Assembly: GCA_002189035.1 (NCBI GenBank)
Contig: NEEC01000092.1
Coordinates: 23,036-87,035 of the forward strand
From: Utricularia gibba
Taxonomy: Eukaryota; Plantae; Magnoliophyta
Direction of reading: 5' to 3'
DNA: 64,000 nucleotides
The stretch's first letter is position 1, and each line of letters opens with the position of its first letter. Made by a program: the position numbers and the translations under genes. Shown here one piece after another: positions 11,771 to 26,200 of the stretch. The notes below the pieces were generated by a model, which did no database searches, had not been told where the DNA came from, and was given only the letters and a program-made list of their open reading frames with translations.

Positions 11771-14700
11771 TGCGGTTGAGAAAACCATTTTGGGTGCTCA
11801 TGACATCCTAACTTCAATAAATGCATTACGATTATCGTCGAGTAGGACCTGATGTGGCAAAGGAGTCTGACCGAACCTTGGGTCAGAACGAAGTTCCCAA
11901 CGACATCACCCGCCGAAAAACGACAAGCTTTTCCTTGAGAAACCATGTAGGCAGCCTATTAAAACCAACGTTAATAAATGCATCAATTTTTTGCGAGCTA
12001 CAAATGACTATGGGCCCGAGCTCGACTCGACCTCCTGCTCGATACCGTTGCCCCACGAGAGCGCCTCCTCAAATATAAAGCATGCGGTTGAGAAAACCAT
12101 TTTGGGTGCTCATGACATCCTAACTTCAATAAATGCATTACGATTATCGTCGAGTAGGACCTGATGTGGCAAAGGAGTCTGACCGAACCTTGGGTCTGAA
12201 CGAAGTTCCCAACGACATCACCCGCCGAAAAACGACAAGCTTTTCCTTGAGAAACCATGTAGGCAGCCTTTAAAACCCAACGTTAATAAATGCATCACGT
12301 TTTTTGCGGAGCTACAAATGGGGACCGAGCCCGACTCGACCTTTTGCCCGATACCGTGCCCCACTAGAGCGCCTCCTCAAATACAAAGCATGCGATTGAG
12401 AAAACCATTTTGGGTGCTCATGAAATCCTAACTTCAATAACTGCATCACGATTTTCGTCGAGTAGGACCAGATTTGGCAAAGGAGACAGACCGAACCATG
12501 GGTCAGAACGAAGTTCACAACGACATCACTCGCCCAAAAACGACAAGCTTTTCCTTGAGAAAACCATTGAGGCGGCCTATTAAAACCAACCGTTAATAAA
12601 TGCATCAAGTTTTTTGCCGAGCTACAAATGACTATGGGCCCGAGCTCGACTCGACCTCCTGCTCGATACCGTTGCCCCACGAGAGTGCCTTATCAAATAT
12701 AAAGCATGCGGTTGAGAAAACCATTTTGGGTGCTCATGATATCCTAACTTCAATAACTTCATCACGATTTTCGTCGAGTAGGACCCGATGTGGCAAGGAG
12801 TCAGACAGAACCTTGGGTCCGAACGAAGTTCCCAACGACATCACCCCCAAAAACGACAGCTTTTCCTTGAGAAACATGTAGGCAGCCTAAAGCCGAACGT
12901 TAATAAATGCATCAATTTTTTTGCCGAGCTACAAATGACTATGGGCCCGACCTCGACTCGACCTCCTGCTCGATACCGTTGCCCCACGAGAGCGCCTTAT
13001 CAAATATAAAGCATGCGGTTGAGAAAACCATTTTGGGTGCTCATGATATCCTAACTTCAATAACTGCATCACGTTTTTCACCGAGTAGGACCCGATGTGG
13101 CAAAGGAGTCAGACCGAACCTTGGGTCTGAACGAAGTTCACAACGACATCACCCGCCCAAAAACGACAAGCTTTTCCTTGAGAAACCATGTAGGCAGCCT
13201 ATTAAAACCCAACGTTAATAAATGCATCACTTTTTTTGCGGGCTACAAATGTTCGACCTCCTCCCGATACCGTGCCCCATAGAGCGCCTCCTCAAATATA
13301 AAGCATGCGATTGAGAAAACCATTTTGGGTGCTCATGAAATCCTATTTCAATAAACGCATCAGATTTTCGTCGAGTAGTACCGATTGGGCAAAGCGCCAA
13401 CAGAACCATTCCCAACGAAAGCACCCGCTTAAAACGGCAAGCTTTCCTTCAAAACATGTAGGCAGCCTATTAAAACCAACGTTAATAAATGCATCAAGTT
13501 TTTTGCTGAGCTGCAAATGAGTATGGGACCGAGCCGACTCGACCTCTGGCCCGATACCGTTGCCCCACTAGAGCGCCTCCTCAAATATAAAGCATGCGGT
13601 TGAGGAAACCATTTTGGGTGATCATGACATCCTAACTTCAATAACTGCATCACGATTTTCGTCGAGTAGGACCCGATGTGGCAAAGGAGTCAGACAGAAC
13701 CTTGGGTCTGAACGAAGTTCCCAACGACATCACCCGCCGAAAAACGACAAGCTTTTCCTTGAGAAACCATGTAGGCAGCCTTTTAAAACCCAACGTTAAA
13801 ATGCATCACGTTTTTTGCGAGCTACAAATGATATGGGACCGAGCCCGACTCGACCTTTGCCGATACCGTGCCCCACTAGAGCGCCTCCTCAAATACAAAG
13901 CATGCGATTGAGAAAACCATTTTGGGTGCTCATGAAATCCTAACTTCAATAACTGCATCACGATTTTCGTCGAGTAGGACCAGATTTGGCAAAGGAGACA
14001 GACCGAACCTGGGTCAGAACGAGTTCACAACGACATCACCGCCCAAAAACGACAAGCTTTTCCTTGAGAAAACCATTGAGGCGGCCTATTAAAACCAACG
14101 TTAATAAATGCATCAAGTTTTTTCCGAGCTACAAATGACTATGGGCCCGAGCTCGACTCGACCTCCTGCTCGATACCGTTGCCCCACGGAGCGCCTCAAA
14201 TATAAAGCATGCGGTTGAGAAACCATTTTGGGTGCTCATGACATCCTAACTTCAATAACTGCATCACGATTTTCGTCGAGTAGGACCAGATGTGGCAAAG
14301 GAGTCAGACCGAACCTTGGGTCAGAACGAAGTTCCAAAGACATCATCCGCCAAGAAACGACAAGCTTTTCTTGAGAAACTATGTAGGCAGCCTAATAAAA
14401 CCGAACGTTAATAAATGCATCAATTTTTTTGTGGAGCTACAAATGACTATGGGACCGAGCTCGACTCGACCTCTGCCCGATACCGTTGCCCCACTAGAGA
14501 GCCTCTTCAAATATAAAGCATGCGATTGAGAAAACCATTTTGGGTGCTCATGAATCCTAACTTCAATAATGCATCACGATTTTCGTCGAGTAGGACCTGA
14601 TGTGGCAAAGGAGTCAGACCGAACCTTGGGTGTGAACGAAGTTCCAACGACATCACCCGCCAAAAACGACAAGCTTTTCCTTGAAAAACCATGTAGGCAG

Positions 14701-17700
14701 CCTATTAAAACCCACGTTATAAATGCATCACGTTTTTTGCGAGCTACAAATGACTATGGGCCCGAGCTCGACTCGACCTCCTGCTCGATACCGTTGCCCC
14801 ACGAGAGTGCCTTATCAAATATAAAGCAAGCGGTTGAGAAAACCATTTTGGGTGCTCATGATATCCTAACTTCAATAACTGCATCACGATTTTCGTCGAG
14901 TAGGACCCGATGTGGCAAAGGAGTCAGACCGAACCTTGGGTCCGAACGAAGTTCCCAACGACATCACCGCCCAAAAACGACAAGCTTTTCCTTGAGAAAC
15001 ATGTAGGCAGCCTATAAAACCAACGTTAATAAATGCATCAATTTTTTGCCGAGCTACAAATGACTATGGGCCCGAGCTCGACTCGACCTCCTGCTCGATA
15101 CCGTTGCCCCACTAGAGCGCCTCCTCAAATATAAAGCATGCGGTTGAGGAAACCATTTTGGGTGATCATGACATCCTAACTTCAATAAATGCATTACGAT
15201 TTCGTCGAGTAGGACCGATGTGGCAAAGGAGTCAGACCGAACCTTGGGTCTGAACGAAGTTCCCAACGACATCACCCGCCGAAAAACGACAAGCTTTTCC
15301 TTGAGAAAACCATGTAGGCAGCCTATTAAAACCAACGTTATAAATGCATCAGTTTTTTGCGGAGCTACAAATGACTATGGGCCCGAGCTCGACTCGACCT
15401 CCTGCTCGATACCGTTGCCCCACGAGAGTGCCTTATCAAATATAAAGAATGCGATTGAGAAAACCATTTTGGGTGCTCATGACATCCTAACTTCAATAAA
15501 TGCATTACGATTATCGTCGAGTAGGACCTGATGTGGCAAAGGAGTCTGACCGAACCTTGGGTCTGAACGAAGTTCCCAACGACATCACCCGCCGAAAAAC
15601 GACAAGCTTTTCTTGAGAAACCATGTAGGCAGCCTATTAAAACCCAACGTTAGTAAATGCATCACGTTTTTTGCGGAGCTACAAATGAGTATGGGACCGA
15701 GCCCGACTCGACCTTTTGCCCGATACGTGCCCCACTAGAGCGCCTCCTCAAATACAAAGCATGCGATTGAGAAAACCATTTTGGGTGCTCATGATATCCT
15801 AACTTCAATAACTTCATCACGATTTTCGTCGAGTAGGACCCGATGTGGCAAAGGAGTCAGACAGAACCTTGGGTCCGAACGAAGTTCCCAACGACATCAC
15901 CCGCCCAAAAACGACAAGCTTTTCCTTGAGAAACATGTAGGCAGCCTATTAAAACCAACGTTAATAAATGCATCAATTTTTTTGCCGAGCTACAAATGAC
16001 TATGGGCCCGAGCTCGACTCGACCTCCTGCTCGATACCGTTGCCCCACGAGAGCGCCTTATCAAATATAAAGCATGCGGTTGAGAAAACCATTTTGGGTG
16101 CTCATGATATCCTAACTTCAATAACTGCATCACGATTTTCACCGAGTAGGACCCGATGTGGCAAAGGAGTCAGACCGAACCTTGGGTCTGAACGAAGTTC
16201 ACAACGACATCACCCGCCCAAAAACGACAAGCTTTTCCTTGAGAAACCATGTAGGCAGCCTATTAAAACCCAACGTTAATAAATGCATCACTTTTTTTGC
16301 CGGCTACAAATGTCTATGTACCCGAACGCGACTCGACCTCCTGCCGATACCGTTGCCCCATAGAGCGCCTCCTCAAATATAAAGCATGCGATTGAGAAAA
16401 CCATTTTGGGTGCTCATGAAATCCTATTTTCAATAAACGCATCAGGATTTTCATCGAGTAGTACCGATTGGCACAAGCGCCAAACAGAACCATTCCCAAC
16501 GAAAGCACCCGCTTAAAACGGCAAGCTTTTCCTTCAAAACCATGTAGGCAGCCTATTAAAACCAACGTTAATAAATGCATCAAGTTTTTTGCCGAGCTAC
16601 AAATGACTATGGGCCCGAGCTCGACTCGACCTCCTGCTCGATACCGTTGCCCCACGAGAGTGCCTTATCAAATATAAAGAATGCGATTGAGAAAACCATT
16701 TTGGGTGCTCATGACATCCTAACTTCAATAAATGCATTACGATTATCGTCGAGTAGGACCTGATGTGGCAAAGGAGTCTGACCGAACCTTGGGTCTGAAC
16801 GAAGTTCCCAACGACATCACCCGCCGAAAAACGACAAGCTTTTCCTTGAGAAACCATGTAGGCAGCCTATTAAAACCCAACGTTAGTAAATGCATCACGT
16901 TTTTTGCGGAGCTACAAATGAGTATGGGACCGAGCCCGACTCGACCTTTTGCCCGATACCGTGCCCCACTAGAGCGCCTCCTCAAATACAAAGCATGCGA
17001 TTGAGAAAACCATTTTGGGTGCTCATGAAATCCTAACTTCAATAACTGCATCACGATTTTCGTCGAGTAGGACCAGATTTGGCAAAGGAGACAGACCGAA
17101 CCATGGGTCAGAACGAAGTTCACAACGACATCACTCGCCAAAAACGACAAGCTTTTCCTTGAGAAAACCATTGAGGCGGCCTATTAAAACCAACCGTTAA
17201 TAAATGCATCAATTTTTTTGCCGAGCTACAAATGACTATGGGCCCGAGCTCGACTCGACTCTTGCTCGATACCGTTGCCCCACTAGAGCGCCTCCTCAAA
17301 TATAAAGCATGCGGTTGAGAAACCATTTTGGGTGATCATGACATCCTAACTTCAATAACTGCATCACATTTTCGTCGAGTAGGACCCGATGTGGCAAAGG
17401 AGTCAGACCGAACCTTGGGTCAGAACGAACTTCCAACGACATCATCCGCCAAAAACGACAAGCTTTTCTTTTGAGAAACATGTAGGCAGCCTATTAAAAC
17501 CAACGTTAATAAATGCATCAATTTTTTTTGCGGGGCTACAAATGACTATGGGACCGAGCTCGACTCGACCTCTGGCCCAATACCGTTGCCCCACTAGAGA
17601 GCCTCTCAAATATAAAGCATGCGATTGAGAAAACCATTTTGGGTGCTCATGACATCCTAACTTCAATAAATGCATTACGATTATCGTCGAGTAGGACCTG

Positions 17701-20700
17701 ATGTGGCAAAGGAGTCAGACCGAACCTTGGGTCTGAACGAAGTTCCCAACGACATCACCCGCCGAAAAACGACAAGCTTTTCCTTGAGAAACCATGTAGG
17801 CAGCCTATTAAAACCCGACGTTAGTAAATGCATCACGTTTTTTGCCGGCTACAAATGTCTATGTACCGAGCGACTCGACCTCCTGCCGATTACCGTGCCC
17901 CCATAGAGCGCCTCCTCAAATATAAAGCATGCGATTGAGAAAACCATTTTGGGTGCTCATGAAATCCTATTTTCAATAACGCATCAGGATTTTCGTCGAG
18001 TAGTACACGATTGGGCACAAGCGCCAAACAGAACCATGCACCCGGACCAAGATCCAACGAAAGCACCCGCTTAAAACGGCAAGCTATTCCTTCAAAACCA
18101 TGTAGGCAGCCTATTAAAACTCAACGTTAATAAATGCATCAAGTTTTTTGCTGAGCTGCAAATGAGTATGGGACCGAGCCCAACTCGACCTCTGGCCCGA
18201 TACCGTTGCCCCACTAGAGCGCCTCCTCAAATATAAAGCATGCGGTTGAGAAACCATTTTGGGTGATCATGACATCCTAACTTCAATAACTGCATCACGA
18301 TTTTCGTCGAGTAGGACCCGATGTGGCAAAGGAGTCAGACCGAACCTTGGGTCCGAACGAAGTTCCAAAAGACATCACCGCCAAAAACGACAAGCTTTTC
18401 TTTGAGAAACCATGTAGGCAGCCTAATTAAAACCAACGTTAATAAATGCATCAATTTTTTTGCGGGGCTACAAATGACTATGGGACCGAGCTCGACTCGA
18501 CCTCTGGCCCAATACCGTTGCCCACTAGAGAGCCTCCTCAAATATAAAGCATGCGATTGAGAAAACCATTTTGGGTGCTCATGACATCCTAACTTCAATA
18601 ACTGCATTACGATTTCGTCGAGTAGGACCGATGTGGCAAAGGAGTCAGACCGAACCTTGGGTCTGAACGAAGTTCCCAACGACATCACCCGCCCAAAAAC
18701 GACAAGCTTTTCCTTGAGAAACCATTGAGGCGGCCTATTAAAACCAACCGTTAATAAATGCATCAAGTTTTTTGCCGAGCTACAAATGACTATGGCCCGA
18801 GCTCGACTCGACCTCCTGCTCGATACCGTTGCCCACGAGAGTGCCTTATCAAATATAAAGAATGCGATTGAGAAAACCATTTTGGGTGCTCATGACATCC
18901 TAACTTCAATAAATGCATTACGATTATCGTCGAGTAGGACCTGATGTGGCAAAGGAGTCTGACCGAACCTTGGGTCTGAACGAAGTTCCCAACGACATCA
19001 CCCGCCGAAAAACGACAAGCTTTTCCTTGAGAAACCATGTAGGCAGCCTATTAAAACCCAACGTTAGTAAATGCATCACGTTTTTTGCGGAGCTACAAAT
19101 GAGTATGGGACCGAGCCGACTCGACCTTTTGCCGATACCGTGCCCCACTAGAGCGCCTCCTCAAATAAAAAGCATGCGATTGAGAAAACCATTTTGGGTG
19201 CTCATGAAATCCTAACTTCAATAACTGCATCACGATTTTCGTCGAGTAGGACCAGATTTGGCAAAGGAGACAGACCGAACCATGGGTCAGAACGAAGTTC
19301 GACATTCGCCAAAAACGACAAGCTTTTCCTTGAGAAAACCATTGAGGCGGCCTATTAAAACCAACGTTAATAAATGCATCAATTTTTTTTGCCGAGCTAC
19401 AAATGACTATGGGCCCGAGCTCGACTCGACGTCCTGCTCGATACCGTTGCCCACTAGAGCGCCTCCTCAAATATAAAGCATGCGTTGAGAAACCATTTTG
19501 GGTGCTCATGACATCCTAACTTCAATAACTGCATCACGATTTTCGTCGAGTAGGACCCGATGTGGCAAAGGAGTCAGACCGAACCTTGGGTCCGAACGAA
19601 CTTCAAAAAGACATCATCCGCCAAAAACGACAAGCTTTTCTTTGAGAAACTATGTAGGCAGCCTAATAAAACCAACGTTAATAAATGCATCAATTTTTTT
19701 GCGGGGCTACAAATGACTATGGGACCGAGCTCGACTCGACCTCTGGCCCAATACCGTTGCCCCACTAGAGAGCCTCCTCAAATATAAAGCATGCGATTGA
19801 GAAAACCATTTTGGGTGCTCATGACATCCTAACTTCAATAACTGCATCACGATTTTCGTCGAGTAGGACCTGATGTGGCAAAGGAGTCAGACCGAACCTT
19901 GGGTCTGAACGAAGTTCCCAACGACATCACCCGCCAAAAACGACAAGCTTTTCCTTGAGAAACCCATTGAGGCGGCCTATTAAAACCAACCGTTAATAAA
20001 TGCATCAAGTTTTTTGCCGAGCTACAAATGACTATGGGCCCGAGCTCGACTCGACCTCCTGCTCGATACCGTTGCCCCACGAGAGTGCCTTATCAAATAT
20101 AAAGAATGCGATTGAGAAAACCATTTTGGGTGCTCATGACATCCTAACTTCAATAAATGCATTACGATTATCGTCGAGTAGGACCTGATGTGGCAAAGGA
20201 GTCAGACAGAACCTTGGGTCTGAACGAAGTTCCCACGACATCACCCGCCCAAAAACGAATGCTTTTCCTTGAGAAACTTTGTAGGCAGCCTAATAAAGCC
20301 GAACTTTAATAAATGCATCAATTTTTTTGCCGAGCTACAAATGACTATGGGCCCGAGCTCGACTCGACCTCCTGCTCGATACCGTTGCCCCAGAGCGCCT
20401 TATCAAATATAAAGCATGCGGTTGAGAAAACCATTTTGGGTGATCATGATATCCTAACTTCAATAACTGGATCACGATTTTCGTCGAGTAGGACCCGATG
20501 TGGCAAAGTAGTCAGACCGAACCTTGGGTCTGAACGAAGTTCCCAACGACATCACCCGCCGAAAAACGACAAGCTTTTCCTTGAGAAACCATGTAGGCAG
20601 CCTATTAAAACCAACGTTAGTAAATGCATCACGTTTTTTGCGGAGCTACAAATGAGTATGGGACCGAGCCCGACTCGACCTTTTGCCCGATACCGTGCCC

Positions 20701-21350
20701 CACTAGAGCGCCTCCTCAAATCAAAGCATGCGATTGAGAAAACCATTTTGGGTGCTCATGAAATCCTAACTTCAATAACTGCATCACGATTTTCGTCGAG
20801 TAGGACCAGATTTGGCAAAAGAGACAGACCGAACCATGGGTCAGAACGAAGTTCACAACGACATCACTCGCCCAAAACGACAAGCTTTTCCTTGAGAAAA
20901 CCATTGAGGCGCCTATTAAAACCAACCGTTAATAAATGCATCAAGTTTTTTGCGAGCTACAAATGACTATGGGCCCGAGCTCGACTCGACCTCCTGCTCG
21001 ATACCGTTGCCCCACGAGAGTGCCTTATCAAATATAAAGCATGCGGTTGAGAAAACCATTTTGGGTGCTCATGATATCCTAACTTCAATAACTGCATCAC
21101 GATTTTCACCGAGTAGGACCCGATGTGGCAAAGGAGTCAGACCGAACCTTGGGTCTGAACGAAGTTCACAACGACATCACCCGCCCAAAAACAACAAGCT
21201 TTTCCTTGAGAAACCATGTAGGCAGCCTATTAAAACCCAACGTTAATAAATGCATCACTTTTTTTGTCGGGCTTCAAATGTCTATGTACCGAACGCAACT
21301 CGACCTCCGGCCCGATACCGTGCCCCATAGAGCGCCTCCTCAAATATAAA

Positions 21351-21662
21351 GCATGCGATTGAGAAAACCATTTTGGGTGCTCATGAAATCCTATTTTCAA
21401 TAAACGCATCAGGATTTTCGTCGAGTAGTACACGATTGGGCACAAGCGCCAAACAGAACCATGCGCCCGACCAAGATCCCAACGAAAGCACCCGCTTAAA
21501 ACGGCAAGCTATTCCTTCAAAACCATGTAGGCAGCCTATTAAAACTCAACGTTAATAAATGCATCAAGTTTTTTGCTGAGCTGCAAATGAGTATGGGACC
21601 GAGCCCAACTCGACCTCTGGCCCGATACCGTTGCCCCACTAGAGCGCCTCCTCAAATATAAA
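21351..21662 (+). repeat. Representative full-length divergent R-type monomer (9 copies in window)
   Basis: Carries cctattttcaataaacgcatcaggattttcgtcgagtagtacacgattgggcacaagcgccaaacagaaccatgcgccc...gaccaagatcccaacgaaagcacccgcttaaaacggcaagctattccttcaaaaccat. Manual alignment gives roughly 28-30 differences from the consensus A half (~80% identity). Confidence 0.9.
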
Positions 21663-23234
21663 GCATGCGGTTGAGGAAACCATTTTGGGTGATCATGACA
21701 TCCTAACTTCAATAACTGCATCACGATTTTCGTCGAGTAGGACCCGATGTGGCAAAGGAGTCAGACCGAACCTTGGGTCCGAACGAAGTTCCCAACGACA
21801 TCTCCCGCCCAAAAACGACATGCTTTTCCTTGAGAAACTATGTAGGCAGCCTAATAAAGCCGAACGTTAATAAATGCATCAATTTTTTTGCCGAGCTACA
21901 AATGACTATGGGCCCGAGCTCGACTCAACCTCCTGCTCGATACCGTTGCCCCACTAGAGCGCCTCCTCAAATATCAAGCATGCGGTTGAGGAAACCATTT
22001 TGGGTGATCATGATATCCTAACTTCAATAAACTGGATCACGATTTTCGTCGAGTAGGACCCGATGTGGCAAAGTAGTCAGACCGAACCTTGGGTCTGAAC
22101 GAAGTTCCCAACGACATCACCCGCCGAAAAACGACAAGCTTTTCCTTGAGAAACCATGTAGGCAGCCTATTAAAACCCAACGTTAGTAAATGCATCACGT
22201 TTTTTGCGGAGCTACAAATGAGTATGGGACCGAGCCCGACTCGACCTTTTGCCCGATACCGTGCCCCACTAGAGCGCCTCCTCAAATACAAAGCATGCGA
22301 TTGAGAAACCATTTTGGGTGCTCATGAAATCCTAACTTCAATAACTGCATCACGATTTTCGTCAAGTAGGACCAGATTTGGCAAAGGAGACAGACCGAAC
22401 CATGGGTCAGAACGAAGTTCACAACGACATCACTCGCCCACAAACGACAAGCTTTTCCTTGAGAAAACCATTGAGGCGGCCTATTAAAACCAACCGTTAA
22501 TAAATGCATCAAGTTTTTTGCCGAGCTACAAATGACTATGGGCCCGAGCTCGACTCGACCTCCTACTCGATACCGTTGCCCCACGAGAGTGCCTTATCAA
22601 ATATAAAGCATGCGGTTGAGAAAACCATTTTGGGTGCTCATGATATCCTAACTTCAATAACTTCATCACGATTTTCGTCGAGTAGGACCCGATGTGGCAA
22701 TGGAGTCAGACAGAACCTTGGGTCCGAACGAAGTTCCAACGACATCACCCGCCCAAAAACGACATGCTTTTCCTTGAGAAACTATGTAGGCAGCCTAATA
22801 AAGCCGAACGTTAATAAATGCATCAATTTTTTTGCCGAGCTACAAATGACTATGGGCCCGACCTCGACTCGACCTCCTGCTCGATACCGTTGCCCCACGA
22901 GAGCGCCTTATCAAATATAAAGCATGCGGTTGAGAAAACCATTTTGGGTGCTCATGATATCCTAACTTCAATAACTGCATCACGATTTTCACCGAGTAGG
23001 ACCCGATGTGGCAAAGGAGTCAGACCGAACCTTGGGTCTGAACGAAGTTCACAACGACATCACCCGCCCAAAAACAACAAGCTTTTCCTTGAGAAACCAT
23101 GTAGGCAGCCTATTAAAACCCAACGTTAATAAATGCATCACTTTTTTTCGGGATACAAATGTCTATGTACCCGAACGCAACTCGACCTCCGGCCCGATAC
23201 CGGTGCCCCCATAGAGCGCCTCCTCAAATATAAA

Positions 23235-26200
23235 GCATGCGATTGAGAAAACCATTTTGGGTGCTCATGAAATCCTATTTTCAATAAACGCATCAGGATT
23301 TTCGTCGAGTAGTACACGATTGGGCACAAGCGCCAAACAGAACCATGCGCCCGGACCAAGATCCCAACGAAAGCACCCGCTTAAAACGGCAAGCTATTCC
23401 TTCAAAACCATGTAGGCAGCCTATTAAAACTCAACGTTAATAAATGCATCAAGTTTTTTGCTGAGCTGCAAATGAGTATGGGACCGAGCCCAACTCGACC
23501 TCTGGCCGATACCGTTGCCCCACTAGAGCGCCTCCTCAAATATAAAGCATGCGTTGAGGAAAACCATTTTGGGTGATCATGACATCCTAACTTCAATAAC
23601 TGCATCACGATTTTCGTCGAGTAGGACCCGATGTGCAAAGGAGTCAGACCGAACCTTGGTCCGAACGAAGTTCCAACGACATCTCCCGCCCAAAAACGAC
23701 ATGCTTTTCCTTGAGAAACTATGTAGGCAGCCTAATAAAGCCGAACGTTAATAAATGCATCAATTTTTTGCCGAGCTACAAATGACTATGGGCCCGAGCT
23801 CGACTCAACCTCCTGCTCGATACCGTTGCCCACTAGAGCGCTCCTCAAATATCAAGCATGCGGTTGAGGAAACCATTTTGGGTGATCATGACATCCTAAC
23901 TTCAATAAATGCATTACAATTATCGTCGAGTAGGACCTGATGTGGCAAAGGAGTCAGACAGAACCTTGGGTCCGAACGAAGTTCACAACGACATCACCGC
24001 CCAAAAATGACATGCTTTTCCTTGAGAAACTATGTAGGCAGCCTAATAAAGCCGAACGTTAATAAATGCATCAATTTTTTTGCCGAGCTACAAATGACTA
24101 TGGGCCCGAGCTCGACTCGACCTCCTGCTCGATACTGTTGCCCCACGAGAGCGCCTTATCAAAATAAAGCATGCGGTTGAGAAAACCATTTTGGGTGCTC
24201 ATGATATCCTAACTTCAATAACTGATCACGATTTTCGTCGAGTAGGACCCGATGTGGCAAAGAGTCAGACCGAACCTTGGGTCTGAACGAAGTTCCCAAC
24301 GACATCACCCGCCGAAAAACGACAAGCTTTTCCTTGAGAAACCATGTAGGCAGCCTATTAAAACCCAACGTTAGTAAATGCATCACGTTTTTTGCGAGCT
24401 ACAAATGAGTATGGGACCGAGCCGACTCGACCTTTTGCCCGATACCGTGCCCCACTAGAGCGCCTCCTCAAATACAAAGCATGCGATTGAGAAAACCATT
24501 TTGGTGCTCATGAAATCCTAACTTCAATTACTGCATCACGATTTTCGTCAAGTAGGACCAGATTTGGCAAAGGAGACAGACCGAACCATGGGTCAGAACG
24601 AAGTTCACAACGACATCACTCGCCCACAAACGACAAGCTTTTCCTTGAGAAAACCATTGAGGCGGCCTATTAAAACCAACCGTTAATAAATGCATCAAGT
24701 TTTTTGCCGAGCTACAAATGACTATGGGCCCGAGCTCGACTCGACCTCCTACTCGATACCGTTGCCCCACGAGAGTGCCTTATCAAATATAAAGCATGCG
24801 GTTGAGAAAAACCATTTTGGTGCTCATGATATCCTAAATTCAATAACTTCATCACGATTTTCGTCGAGTAGGACCCGATGTGGCAATGGAGTCAGACAGA
24901 ACCTTGGGTCCGAACGAAGTTCCCAACGACATCACCCGCCCAAAAACGACATGCTTTTCCTTGAGAAACTATGTAGGCAGCCTAATAAAGCCGAACGTTA
25001 ATAAATGCATCAATTTTTTTGCCGAGCTACAAATGACTATGGGCCCGACCTCGACTCGACCTCCTGCTCGATACCGTTGCCCCACGAGAGCGCCTTATCA
25101 AATATAAAGCATGCGGTTGAGAAAACCATTTTGGGTGCTCATGATATCCTAACTTCAATAACTGCATCACGATTTTTCACCGAGTAGGACCCGATGTGGC
25201 AAAGGAGTCAGACCGAACCTTGGGTCTGAACGAAGTTCACAACGACATCACCCGCCCAAAAACAACAAGCTTTTCCTTGAGAAACCATGTAGGCAGCCTA
25301 TTAAAACCCAACGTTAATAAATGCATCACTTTTTCTGTCGGATACAAATGTCTATGTACCCGAACGCAACTCGACCTCCGGCCGATACCGGTGCCCCCAT
25401 AGAGCGCCTCCTCAAATATAAAGCATGCGATTGAGAAAACCATTTTGGGTGCTCATGAAATCCTATTTTCAATAAACGCATCAGGATTTTCGTCGAGTAG
25501 TACACGATTGGGCACAAGCGCCAAACAGAACCATGCGCCCGGACCAAGATCCCAACGAAAGCACCCGCTTAAAACGGCAAGCTATTCCTTCAAAACCATG
25601 TAGGCAGCCTATTAAAACTCAACGTTAATAAATGCATCAAGTTTTTTGCTGAGCTGCAAATGAGTATGGGACCGAGCCCAACTCGACCTCTGGCCCGATA
25701 CCGTTGCCCCACTAGAGCGCCTCCTCAAATATAAAGCATGCGGTTGAGAAACCATTTTGGTGATCATGACATCCTAACTTCAATAACTGCATCACGATTT
25801 TCGTCGAGTAGGACCGATGTGGCAAAGGAGTCAGACCGAACCTTTGGGTCGAACGAAGTTCCAACGACATCTCCCGCCCAAAACGACATGCTTTTCCTTG
25901 AGAAACTATGTAGGCAGCCTAATAAAGCCGAACGTTAATAAATGCATCAATTTTTTGCCGAGCTACAAATGACTATGGGCCCGAGCTCGACTCAACCTCC
26001 TGCTCGATACCGTTGCCCCACTAGAGCGCCTCCTCAAATATCAAGCATGCGGTTGAGGAAACCATTTTGGGTGATCATGACATCCTAACTTCAATAAATG
26101 CATTACAATTATCGTCGAGTAGGACCTGATGTGGCAAAGGAGTCAGACAGAACCTTGGGTCCGAACGAAGTTCACAACGACATCACCGCGCCAAAAATGA

